The notes under the pieces are model-generated. The model was not told the DNA's origin and ran no database searches. It worked only from the letters and a program-made list of their open reading frames with translations. A stretch of 64,000 nt of DNA from NCBI GenBank assembly GCA_963920595.1, contig OY986946.1, positions 4,650,001 through 4,714,000 on the forward strand. The letters run 5' to 3'. Made by a program: the position numbers and the translations under genes. Positions 36,011 through 49,700 of this stretch are shown here, one piece after another. Source of the DNA: Eimeria praecox (Eukaryota). Position 1 is the first letter of the stretch; each line of letters starts with the position of its first letter.

Positions 36011-39000
36011 ACGATGACGGCAGATTGAGGGATTTCGACTCACTTAACACCGGCGGAGCAGCGCAAGCGGGCAAAATTGAACGGAGAAATATCAGGTTCC
36101 AGAAGCAGCAAAAGCTGCTGGTGCTGGTCCAGGAAGCCGGTGCTTCTGGATGGGCAGACCTTTAAAAGACTGCACCTGACTATCCCATATCTGGTTCCCC
36201 TCAGGCGCAGGGCGAATGGGGAATGGGGAAGGTAGGCTTGCAGCTGGTGCAGCGGCAGTAACAAGCAGAAGCATCAGATACCTGCTGAATGCTGAGCTCT
36301 TTATAAAATATAGCACAGCCCTTAGCAACAAGCAGAGAAAAGGAATAAGTGTAGCAGCAGCCAAGCGATGCCGACCAGAAGTTGCCTCAGCTGGCCCTCC
36401 CCTGGGGGGGCAAGGACCGAGCCTTGTGGGGCTGCAGCAACAGCAGCATTGGCAGCAGTGAACTGGCTTCGGAGAAGCGCTCAGCTTGCAGTAGCAGTTC
36501 GACGAGCTGATGTGCACCTTGAAGGCCTGGATTCCGCTCCAGCAGATAATGCACCCCAGGAGCAACAATGCCGGCGAGTTAAGCACTACAGCATAGCGGG
36601 CTGTCACTTATGGTACAGGCAATGGCCCTTGTTCATCCTAACGTCCAGCCTCCCTTCTCCCCCAAATTTTGCCCCAAATGCACGCCAATGCTTTAGCTCT
36701 CACAGGTATGGCACGGACAGGAGACCCTTTCGGTTCGTAAACGGATATGAGAGGATATGTCTATGCAGTTCATAGCTTTCTTATAGTCAGGATGAATTGT
36801 GGCAGCATGTGTGTTATTGTGGATACAATCAACAATACGACCGCTTTATCCAAGGGCCGAGATGAGTTATATAGGGAATAGGGGCATGCTTGTTCTTATT
36901 TATGGTTGACAGATGGATTCCAGAAAATGCCATCGGATACAGGGAACCGAAGTTTGTAAGCAACTTCTGGTGTGCATTCGCAATGCGGGCTTAGTATCGA
37001 CTGAGCATACTATGACCAGGGTAAACCATTTAGAGGGAGAGGGTCAAATCGACCCAGAAACCACATTTCTGCGCAGTATGCAACAAAATATATCCACAGG
37101 ATTTCTTCTAAGTGGCTTGATTGCCGTTCTTATGTGGTGCGATTTCATAAAACAAGAGCACAATACGTTTCCAAAGCCAGGAACGCCAGACAAAGATACT
37201 ACAGCAACCGCTCCCCTTAACGCATGTGGCCTGATCTTAGTGCACGCTTTGCGACAAAGATGGTAAAGAGGCTAGGAACTGCCTATGACAACAAACAACG
37301 GGAACTGGCATGTGCAAAGTGTGCGCTGTTTACAAATCTGTACTCCCCAATGCTGATGCCATAGGAGCAACGGGGGTGGTCTCGTCCTTGCGCTTGGAAG
37401 GTTAAACAGACGAGGCATAGCAGAGCCAGACGGCAAAGCCTATGCAAAATGAACGGCTTTGAACTAGCAGTCGAGCTCGTGTAGACGACTTGATTGCTGC
37501 TTAAAAAGCGCTGAGAATGCTGAGTGACCGTGGGGGATTTTCAGCGGTTGTGGCCAGCGCGAGTCTAGCGGGAGCCTGTATAAAGCACGCGGCGGTGGTT
37601 CCTTTCCATTCCTTTACGATAATATATGGAGCCGTTAAAATTTCAGTCGAAGCAGCTAACACCCGGAGCTCGAAGTAAAAGCAGCTGCAGCCTGCGCCTA
37701 GCACTTCCGTAGGATCAGCATCAGCAGTAACAGAAGCGACAGCTTGTGCAAGGGCTCCCTTATTTAGGCAGAAGGCTTTCGATGCTTGAAGGAGGAACGC
37801 ATAGCATTAGCGGTAACTGGTACTCTTCTTATTACCCTCAGCTCCGACTGAGGACAAGGTTGGTGCGTTTCAAAAGGATTTTCGAAGATGCCTAGCAAAG
37901 ACACACTTCATACAAGCGGAAGCAGCGCAAAATTGAGTAGCGTATTGCTTCTCCTGTTGATGCTCTCACCCTTTCATTTTTTGTGATAACTTGTCTTGTT
38001 GCAGCTACAGTGGATCTGCAACAGCACTAAGAACACTTCAAATCACCCAGGAAGGCCTTTGGCGCGTGCGCAAGAACGAACGCCCCTGTTGTAGCAGTGG
38101 CTGCAAATGGATGTGCAACTAGGTAGTCTCCTGTCTGTTTATATGGCACGAAGTGCTGCTTCGTATTTAAAAGCAGCGCGGCGGGATATGGGTTGCAGCA
38201 GCCAACTTCATTTTTCTATGATTTTCTTGACAAGCAACATAGAGCGAGGCTCTGGCATCGCTAAGCTGCAGGACTACCAGTGACAAAGTCAATAATGAAC
38301 TTGCAGAGCAGCATTAGCAGAAGGTGCTTCGGTAGCAACGAGCTCCACCAGCCGTTACAGAAAGAGAAGCCAGAGTCGAAGCAGTCTAACTGAATCCTTC
38401 TGGCACCAGCAAAAGCATCAAATGTAGATCATAAAGCGCAAGGGACAGTCGAAATATTAGCTGCAGCAACGAAGCCAGTACTGGCGGCAGGAGTGAAGCC
38501 AGCAAAAGCAGCAGCAGAAGCAGCAGAAACAACAACAGGTGTAAACGGAGCAGCCAAAATGTCGAAAGCAGCAAGCATCCTAAACGCTACATCGACGCCG
38601 GCTGTGAAATCTTAAACACGCCCGTTTGAACCGTAACCATGGGACGCTAGTCCTTAAATCCTTATTTTCAACTCCCGGATTCTCACATAAAGATTCTAAA
38701 CTCAAAGCTGCAAAACCTCAGGACAACCTAAGTTGAATTTGTGGTATTCGAATATCTGTTCATGAGAAACGGTATTGAGGGAATGATGCATTGCCATTCA
38801 CCAAACAGTCGTAGTCCGTTGGTTGCTGCGGCAGCAGCAGACCCTTTGCGGAAACGGGCAACAGGAAGATGTAAAAGAGACAGAAGGCCTGTTGGAGGCC
38901 ACAAGCCACTTCCAGGGGACTTAAACCACAGCTAATCGAAACACTTTCCGTTACGAAAGTGTGCTAGCCCTTACAGTCTAGACAATGGCATCAGCCCCTC

Positions 39001-40049
39001 GTTTGTCAAAGCACGTTTTGGGTATCACAGAGAAGCTTCCTGAAAAGGAGCCTGCAAAATGAAATAAATTCAAAAATAAAACACTGATAAGCTTCCTTAG
39101 GCCCTTTTCGCTTGGACACCTAAGACGCTAGCAAACCTCCAAATGCGTTTTTCGAGCAAGCATCGTCATGCACCCACAACGTATGCTCTTTGCTACAGGG
39201 GGTGATGCAGACCTCCTTTCGTCTGTTAATCCACAGAAATAGTGCATGCAGACAAATGCAGGGGGCTTGCAATCCCACACATAATCTGTCCTACATCTCA
39301 CACAACAATGAAAGTCACGTGCACCACACTTGAACATATGTAGCTGCAGCCTGACTCTTTCAATCCGAGATGCAGCAGCAGCATCAAGCAGCATTCACTT
39401 CACCCGGAAAGCAGTGGCAACTGATTGTGCAGGGGAAGAATCTGCAATATGCACTTTCCCCTATTCCAATACCTGTTCGAATTGCAGCGCAAATGAATTT
39501 TGAGGGGCCATCTTCACAACAACTCCAACCACTTAGCTCTCGCAACTTCCCCTATGAACCTTTAAAAGCTTAGAAAGTGCTTAACGCTGCCGAGCGTGCT
39601 GCAACACAAGGGCAAGCACATACAATGCAAGTCAGAATGCGTCCTGCCGACAAGCCATGAGCGCAAGCAACTGAAGCGCTTGCACGCTCGAAACAATGCA
39701 ACCCTAAGACCGTGGTCCTTCCTGCCCATCCAGGTGAACCTTCGCAGCGCAGCTTTGCTCTCAGCGTTATGCTTTACACCTCCTCGGCCACTGCCTGCTA
39801 ACTTGCACTTTAACGGGCAGGCTTTTCAAAGCACGGCACTACGCTCACATCAACAAATGTTGCATGGGAAAAGAACTGCCATGTCCGTCATGGGACCACT
39901 CAGAACCCGCACCTTCACATCTACAAGTCTTAGAATCTCCGTGGCGACGTCCCACCTATCTCTCTAATTAATTTTTCCCAGACTTCGCATGGCTTGTTCT
40001 GCACACAAGCTTGCATCAGCCACCGTATATAACGAACGCACGCATCCTA

Positions 40050-40650
40050 CCCTGACATTAAAGGCACCCAGCGATTACGCGATCTCTAGTTTTTCAGCCG
40101 ACGCATTCAACCCCACTACTTTTTGCATATATCGAACAAATCAACGCAAACTCGGTCACACGCAGGCTCCATCCAGCGTAGACGCAGCTCCCTTGGCCAT
40201 GCTGCTGCAGCACATGGGTTGAATGCCGCAGATTGGAGCATGGGCCCAATCTGCGACATTCAACCCACGTGCTGCAGCAACATGGAAGCAGGCATCCATC
40301 GTCCAAACATATGCATCCTTGAGTGCCAAGGCCTGTGCAAGCGACCCACCAACTACGCGCCTCCGCCATCCTTATTACCAGCACTCAACGCACTTCCTCC
40401 TATACACAACCACAGACTCAACAAATCCTGCGTCAAAGCCACAAGCTGTCCATTGCAACCGAGCCTGCTTGCAGGGCAGACTCCTGGAGCATGTTGCCCC
40501 AGCTCATAGGCTTAATGCCGCACATTCAACGCACGGCCCTCTGGCAATAGCCATCAGCCAAGCATTGACGCCCCCGAATGCCAGAAACTTTGCATGAAAC
40601 GCAACATGCCTCCCACCCAGACATGTCAAAGCATGCTCTGCAGCACACGC
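40050..40650. repeat. Diverged and partial satellite monomers at the array edge
   Basis: 40345-40645 resembles the monomer (ccgccatccttattaccagcactcaacgcac..., atgccagaaactttgcatgaaacgcaacatgcc). 40070-40235 is a still more diverged partial copy. Confidence 0.85.
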
Positions 40651-40780
40651 GCTGCCCATCACGAGCAACACGAAGCACTCACCAGGCAAGCGATAAACAC
40701 TACATAAATCTAATACACCCTGCTGCCGACCAAATTAACACAACCCACTCCATCAACAGAGCCTTCGAAATATTACAGTA

Positions 40781-43700
40781 TTCACGCTGTCCTATCACGC
40801 TGCCCCATCCACTTGCTTCTTGACGCCGTTCCTCTGCGGTTGACCTCAGGCTCCACACGCATTCGAACACCGCATCTCATCCTGCACATCACCTCTCCAC
40901 CCTCCACACAACACACCACCTACTCCAACCTAGCATCTTCTGCGTGCGAAATGCTTCCCCTCCACAACCATAAAGCAAGTCAGAACACACATTGTCAATA
41001 TAACATCCAGCATCCGAAGCTCCTCCATCATCACACCCTACCTCCCCCACTTCGCCAATCCCACAAACAGATGTCTCGCCGCACACACATACCCACGCCG
41101 CTAAATGCCATCCAGCCACGCCCACACACCCAACTACCTGCCACTAAACATGCAACGCGTGCACAGCGATTACGCCTGTCCGCCATCCTTATTACCAGCA
41201 CTCAACGCACTTCCTCCTATACACAACCACCGACTCAACAACTCCTCCGTCATAACAACGAGCTGTCCACTGCAACCGACCCTGCCTCCACGCTAGACTC
41301 CTGCGTCATGTTGCTCCAGCACACAGGCACAATGTCGCAGATTCAACGCACGGCCTTCTGGAGACAGCCATCACCTAAATATTTGGCGCCCCCAAATGCC
41401 AGAAACGTCCAATGAAACGCAACATGCCTCCCACCCAGACCTGTCAAACCATACACTGCAGCACATTCACACTGTCCTAACGCCCTGCCCCATCCACTTG
41501 CTTCTTGACGCAGTTCCTCTGCAGTTGACCTCAGGTTCCACACACACTCGAACACCGCATCTCATCCTGCACATCACCTCTCCACCCTCCACACAACACA
41601 CCACCTACCCCAACCTAGCACCCGCTGCATGCGAAATGCTTCCCCTCCACAACCATAAAGCAAGTCAGAACACACATTGTCAATATAACATCCAGCATCC
41701 GAAGCTCCTCCATCGTCACACCCTACCTCCCCCGCTTCGCCAACCGCGCAAACAGATGTCTTGCCGCACACACATACCCACGCCGCTAAATGCCACCAGC
41801 TAAGCAAACATACCCAACTGCCTGCCACTAAACATGCAACGCGTGCACAGCGATTACGCCTGTCCGCCATCCTTATTACCAGCACTCAACGCACTTCCTC
41901 CTATACACAACCACCGACTCAACAACTCCTCCGTCATAACAACGAGCTGTCCACTGCAACCGACCCTGCCTCCACGCTAGACTCCTGCATCATGTTGCTC
42001 CAGCACACAGGCACAATGCCGCAGATTCAACGCACGGCCTTCTGAAGACAGCCATCACCCAAATATTGGCGCCCCCAAATGCCAGAAACGTTCAATGAAA
42101 CGCAACATGCCTCCCACCCAGACCTGTCAAACCATACATTGCAGCACATTCACACTGTCCTAACACCCTGCCCCATCCACTTGCTTCTTGACGCAGTTCC
42201 TCTGCAGTTGACCTCAGGTTCCACACACACTCGAACACCGCATCTCATCCTGCACATCACCTCTCCACCCTTCACACAACACACCACCTACCCCAACCTA
42301 GCACCCGCTGCATGCGAAATGCTTCCCCTCCACAACCATAAAGCAAGTCAGAACACACATTGTCAATATAACATCCAGCATCCGAAGCTCCTCCATCGTC
42401 ACACCCTACCTCCCCCGCTTCGCCAACCGCGCAAACAGATGTCTTGCCGCACACACATACCCACGCCGCTAAATGCCATCCAGCCAAGCAAACATACCCA
42501 ACTACCTGCCACTAAACATGCAACGCGTGCACAGCGATTAAGCCTGTCCGACATCCTTATTACCATCACTCAACGCCCTTCCTCCTATACATAACCACCG
42601 ACTCAACAACTCCTCCGTCATAACAACGAGCTGCCCACTGCAACCGACCCTGCCTCCACGCTAGACTCCTGCGTCATGTTGCTCCAGCACACAGGCACAA
42701 TGTCGCAGATTCAACGCACGGCCTTCTGGAGACAGCCATCACCCAAACATTGACGCCCCCAAATGCCAGAAACGTTCAATGAAACGCAACATGCCTCCCA
42801 CCCAGACCTGTCAAACCATACACTGCAGCACATTCACACTGTCCTAACACCCTACCCCATCCACTTGCTTCTTGACGCAGTTCCTCTGCAGTTGACCTCA
42901 GGTTCCACACACACTCGAACACCGCATCTCACCCTGCACATCACCTCTCCACCCTCCACACAACACACCACCTACCCCAACCTAGCACCCGCTGCATGCG
43001 AAATGCTTCCCCTTCACAACCATAAAGCAAGTCAGAACACACATTGTCAATATAACATCCAGCATCCGAAGCTCCTCCATTATCATACCCTATCTCCCCC
43101 ACATCGCCAATCGCGCAAACAGATGTCTTGCCGCACACACATACCCACGCCGCTAAATGCCATCCAGCCACGCAAACATACCCAACTACCTGCCACTCAA
43201 CATGCAACGCGTGCACAGCGATTACACCTGTCCGACATCCTTATTACCAGCATTCAACACCCTTCCTCCTATACACAGCGATCGACTCAACAACTCCTCC
43301 GTCATAACAACGAGCTGTCCACTGCAACCGACCCTGCCTCCACGCTAGACTCCTGCATCATGTTGCTCCAGCACACAGGCACAATGTCGCAGATTCAACG
43401 CACGGCCTTCTGGAGACAGCCATCACCCAAACATTGGCGCCCCCAAATGCCAGAAACGTTCAATGAAACGCAACATGCCTCCCACCCAGACCTGTCAAAC
43501 CATACACTGCAGCACATTCACACTGTCCTAGCACCCTGCCCCATCCACTTGCTTCTTGACGCAGTTCCTCTGCAGTTGACCTCAGGCTCCACACACACTC
43601 GAACACCGCATCTCACCCTGCACATCACCTCTCCACCCTTCACACAACACACCACCTACTCCAACCTAGCATCTGCTGCGTGCGAAATCCTTCCCCTCCA

Positions 43701-46700
43701 CAACCATAAAGCAAGTCAGAACACACATTGTCAATATAACATCCAGCATCCGAAGCTCCTCCATTATCATACCCTATCTCCCCCACATCGCCAATCGCGC
43801 AAACAGATGTCTTGCCGCACACACATACCCACGCCGCTAAATGCCATCCAGCCACGCAAACATACCCAACTACCTGCCACTAAACATGCAACGCGTGCAC
43901 AGCGATTAAGCCTGTCCGATATCCTTATTACCAGCACTCAACGCACTTCCTCCTATACACAACCACCGACTCAACAACTCCTCCGTCATAACAACGAGCT
44001 GTCCACTGCAACCGACCCTGCCTCCACGCTAGACTCCTGCGCCATGCTGCTCCAGCACACAGGCACAATGTCGCAGATTCAACGCACGGCCTTCTGGAGA
44101 CAGCCATCACCCAAATATTTGGCGCCCCCAAATGCCAGAAACGTTCAATGAAACGCAACATGCCTCCCACCCAGACCTGTCAAACCATACACTGCAGCAC
44201 ATTCACACTGTCCTAACACCCTGCCCCATCCACTTGCTTCTTGACGCAGTTCCTCTGCAGTTGACCTCAGGTTCCACACACACTCGAACACCGCATCTCA
44301 TCCTGCACATCACCTCTCCACCCTCCACACAACACACCACCTACCCCAACCTAGCACCCGCTGCATGCTAAATGCTTCCCCTCCACAACCATAAAGCAAG
44401 TCAGAACACACATTGTCAATATAACATCCAGCATTCGAAGATCCTCCATCGCCACACCCTACCTCCCCCACATCGCCAATCGCGCAAACAGATGTCTTGC
44501 CGCACACACATACCCACGCCGCTAAATGCCATCCAGCCACGCAAACATACCCAACTACCTGCCACTAAACATGCAACGCGTGCACAGCGATTAAGCCTGT
44601 CCGACATCCTTATTACCAGCATTCAACGCACTTCCTCCTATACACAACCACCGACTCAACAACTCCTCCGTCATAACAACGAGCTGCCCACTGCAACCGA
44701 CCCTGCCTCCACGCTAGACTCCTGCATCATGTTGCTCCAGCACACAGGCACAATGTCGCAGATTCAACGCACGGCCTTCTGGAGACAGCCATCACCCAAA
44801 CATTGGCGCCCCCAAATGCCAGAAACGTTCAATGAAACGCAACATGCCTCCCACCCAGACCTGTCAAACCATACATTGCAGCACATTCACACTGTCCTAG
44901 CACCCTGCCCCATCCACTTGCTTCTTGACGCAGTTCCTCTGCAGTTGACCTCAGGCTCCACACACACTCGAACACCGCATCTCACCCTGCACATCACCTC
45001 TCCACCCTTCACACAACACACCACCTACTCCAACCTAGCATCTGCTGCGTGCGAAATCCTTCCCCTCCACAACCATAAAGCAAGTCAGAACACACATTGT
45101 CAATATAACATCCAGCATCCGAAGCTCCTCCATTATCATACCCTATCTCCCCCACATCGCCAATCGCGCAAACAGATGTCTTGCCGCACACACATACCCA
45201 CGCCGCTAAATGCCATCCAGCCACGCAAACATACCCAACTACCTGCCACTAAACATGCAACGCGTGCACAGCGATTAAGCCTGTCCGACATCCTTATTAC
45301 CAGCACTCAACGCACTTCCTCCTATACACAACCACCGACTCAACAACTCCTCCGTCATAACAACGAGCTGTCCACTGCAACCGACCCTGCCTCCACGCTA
45401 GACTCCTGCGCCATGCTGCTCCAGCACACAGGCACAATGTCGCAGATTCAACGCACGGCCTTCTGGAGACAGCCATCACCCAAATATTTGGCGCCCCCAA
45501 ATGCCAGAAACGTTCAATGAAACGCAACATGCCTCCCACCCAGACCTGTCAAACCATACACTGCAGCACATTCACACTGTCCTAACACCCTGCCCCATCC
45601 ACTTGCTTCTTGACGCAGTTCCTCTGCAGTTGACCTCAGGCTCCACACACACTCGAGCACCGCATCTCATCCTGCACATCACCTCTCCACCCTCCACACA
45701 ACACACCACCTACCCCAACCTAGCACCCGCTGCATGCTAAATGCTTCCCCTCCACAACCATAAAGCAAGTCAGAACACACATTGTCAATATAACATCCAG
45801 CATCCGAAACTCCTCCATCGCCACACCCTACCTCCCCCACATCGCCAATCGCGCAAACAGATGTCTTGCCGCACACACATACCCACGCCGCTAAATGCCA
45901 TCCAGCCACGCAAACATACCCAACTACCTGCCACTAAACATGCAACGCGTGCACAGCGATTAAGCCTGTCCGACATCCTTATTACCAGCATTCAACGCAC
46001 TTCCTCCTATACACAACCACCGACTCAACAACTCCTCCGTCATAACAACGAGCTGCCCACTGCAACCGACCCTGCCTCCACGCTAGACTCCTGCATCATG
46101 TTGCTCCAGCACACAGGCACAATGTCGCAGATTCAACGCACGGCCTTCTGGAGACAGCCATCACCCAAACATTGGCGCCCCCAAATGCCAGAAACGTTCA
46201 ATGAAACGCAACATGCCTCCCACCCAGACCTGTCAAACCATACACTGCAGCACATTCACACTGTCCTAGCACCCTGCCCCATCCACTTGCTTCTTGACGC
46301 AGTTCCTCTGCAGTTGACCTCAGGCTCCACACACACTCGAACACCGCATCTCACCCTGCACATCACCTCTCCACCCTTCACACAACACACCACCTACTCC
46401 AACCTAGCATCTGCTGCGTGCGAAATCCTTCCCCTCCACAACCATAAAGCAAGTCAGAACACACATTGTCAATATAACATCCAGCATCCGAAGCTCCTCC
46501 ATTATCATACCCTATCTCCCCCACATCGCCAATCGCGCAAACAGATGTCTTGCCGCACACACATACCCACGCCGCTAAATGCCATCCAGCCACGCAAACA
46601 TACCCAACTACCTGCCACTAAACATGCAACGCGTGCACAGCGATTAAGCCTGTCCGACATCCTTATTACCAGCACTCAACGCACTTCCTCCTATACACAA

Positions 46701-49700
46701 CCACCGACTCAACAACTCCTCCGTCATAACAACGAGCTGTCCACTGCAACCGACCCTGCCTCCACGCTAGACTCCTGCGCCATGCTGCTCCAGCACACAG
46801 GCACAATGTCGCAGATTCAACGCACGGCCTTCTGGAGACAGCCATCACCCAAATATTTGGCGCCCCCAAATGCCAGAAACGTTCAATGAAACGCAACATG
46901 CCTCCCACCCAGACCTGTCAAACCATACACTGCAGCACATTCACACTGTCCTAACACCCTGCCCCATCCACTTGCTTCTTGACGCAGTTCCTCTGCAGTT
47001 GACCTCAGGCTCCACACACACTCGAGCACCGCATCTCATCCTGCACATCACCTCTCCACCCTCCACACAACACACCACCTACCCCAACCTAGCACCCGCT
47101 GCATGCTAAATGCTTCCCCTCCACAACCATAAAGCAAGTCAGAACACACATTGTCAATATAACATCCAGCATCCGAAACTCCTCCATCGCCACACCCTAC
47201 CTCCCCCACATCGCCAATCGCGCAAACAGATGTCTTGCCGCACACACATACCCACGCCGCTAAATGCCATCCAGCCACGCAAACATACCCAACTACCTGC
47301 CACTAAACATGCAACGCGTGCACAGCGATTAAGCCTGTCCGACATCCTTATTACCAGCATTCAACGCACTTCCTCCTATACACAACCACCGACTCAACAA
47401 CTCCTCCGTCATAACAACGAGCTGCCCACTGCAACCGACCCTGCCTCCACGCTAGACTCCTGCATCATGTTGCTCCAGCACACAGGCACAATGTCGCAGA
47501 TTCAACGCACGGCCTTCTGGAGACAGCCATCACCCAAACATTGGCGCCCCCAAATGCCAGAAACGTTCAATGAAACGCAACATGCCTCCCACCCAGACCT
47601 GTCAAACCATACACTGCAGCACATTCACACTGTCCTAGCACCCTGCCCCATCCACTTGCTTCTTGACGCAGTTCCTCTGCAGTTGACCTCAGGCTCCACA
47701 CACACTCGAACACCGCATCTCACCCTGCACATCACCTCTCCACCCTTCACACAACACACCACCTACTCCAACCTAGCATCTGCTGCGTGCGAAATCCTTC
47801 CCCTCCACAACCATAAAGCAAGTCAGAACACACATTGTCAATATAACATCCAGCATCCGAAGCTCCTCCATTATCATACCCTATCTCCCCCACATCGCCA
47901 ATCGCGCAAACAGATGTCTTGCCGCACACACATACCCACGCCGCTAAATGCCATCCAGCCACGCAAACATACCCAACTACCTGCCACTAAACATGCAACG
48001 CGTGCACAGCGATTAAGCCTGTCCGACATCCTTATTACCAGCACTCAACGCACTTCCTCCTATACACAACCACCGACTCAACAACTCCTCCGTCATAACA
48101 ACGAGCTGTCCACTGCAACCGACCCTGCCTCCACGCTAGACTCCTGCGCCATGCTGCTCCAGCACACAGGCACAATGTCGCAGATTCAACGCACGGCCTT
48201 CTGGAGACAGCCATCACCCAAATATTTGGCGCCCCCAAATGCCAGAAACGTTCAATGAAACGCAACATGCCTCCCACCCAGACCTGTCAAACCATACACT
48301 GCAGCACATTCACACTGTCCTAACACCCTGCCCCATCCACTTGCTTCTTGACGCAGTTCCTCTGCAGTTGACCTCAGGCTCCACACACACTCGAGCACCG
48401 CATCTCATCCTGCACATCACCTCTCCACCCTCCACACAACACACCACCTACCCCAACCTAGCACCCGCTGCATGCTAAATGCTTCCCCTCCACAACCATA
48501 AAGCAAGTCAGAACACACATTGTCAATATAACATCCAGCATCCGAAACTCCTCCATCGCCACACCCTACCTCCCCCACATCGCCAATCGCGCAAACAGAT
48601 GTCTTGCCGCACACACATACCCACGCCGCTAAATGCCATCCAGCCACGCAAACATACCCAACTACCTGCCACTAAACATGCAACGCGTGCACAGCGATTA
48701 CACCTGTCCGACATCCTTATTACCAGCATTCAACGCACTTCCTCCTATACACAACCACCGACTCAACAACTCCTCCGTCATAACAACGAGCTGCCCACTG
48801 CAACCGACCCTGCCTCCACGCTAGACTCCTGCGTCATGTTGCTCCAGCACACAGGCACAATGTCGCAGATTCAACGCACGGCCTTCTGGAGACAGCCATC
48901 ACCCAAACATTGGCGCCCCCAAATGCCAGAAACGTTCAATGAAACGCAACATGCCTCCCACCCAGACCTGTCAAACCATACACTGCAGCACATTCACACT
49001 GTCCTAGCACCCTGCCCCATCCACTTGCTTCTTGACGCAGTTCCTCTGCAGTTGACCTCAGGCTCCACACACACTCGAACACCGCATCTCACCCTGCACA
49101 TCACCTCTCCACCCTTCACACAACACACCACCTACTCCAACCTAGCATCTGCTGCGTGCGAAATCCTTCCCCTCCACAACCATAAAGCAAGTCAGAACAC
49201 ACATTGTCAATATAACATCCAGCATCCGAAGCTCCTCCATTATCATACCCTATCTCCCCCACATCGCCAATCGCGCAAACAGATGTCTTGCCGCACACAC
49301 ATACCCACGCCGCTAAATGCCATCCAGCCACGCAAACATACCCAACTACCTGCCACTAAACATGCAACGCGTGCACAGCGATTAAGCCTGTCCGACATCC
49401 TTATTACCAGCACTCAACGCACTTCCTCCTATACACAACCACCGACTCAACAACTCCTCCGTCATAACAACGAGCTGTCCACTGCAACCGACCCTGCCTC
49501 CACGCTAGACTCCTGCGCCATGCTGCTCCAGCACACAGGCACAATGTCGCAGATTCAACGCACGGCCTTCTGGAGACAGCCATCACCCAAATATTTGGCG
49601 CCCCCAAATGCCAGAAACGTTCAATGAAACGCAACATGCCTCCCACCCAGACCTGTCAAACCATACACTGCAGCACATTCACACTGTCCTAACACCCTGC

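Noticed and set aside
36040..39970. Short ORFs between the retroelement nest and the satellite (e.g. 36092-36607, 36913-37266)
   Set aside because: No recognisable domains or consistent exon chain; could be highly decayed sequence. A tBLASTx search would be needed.
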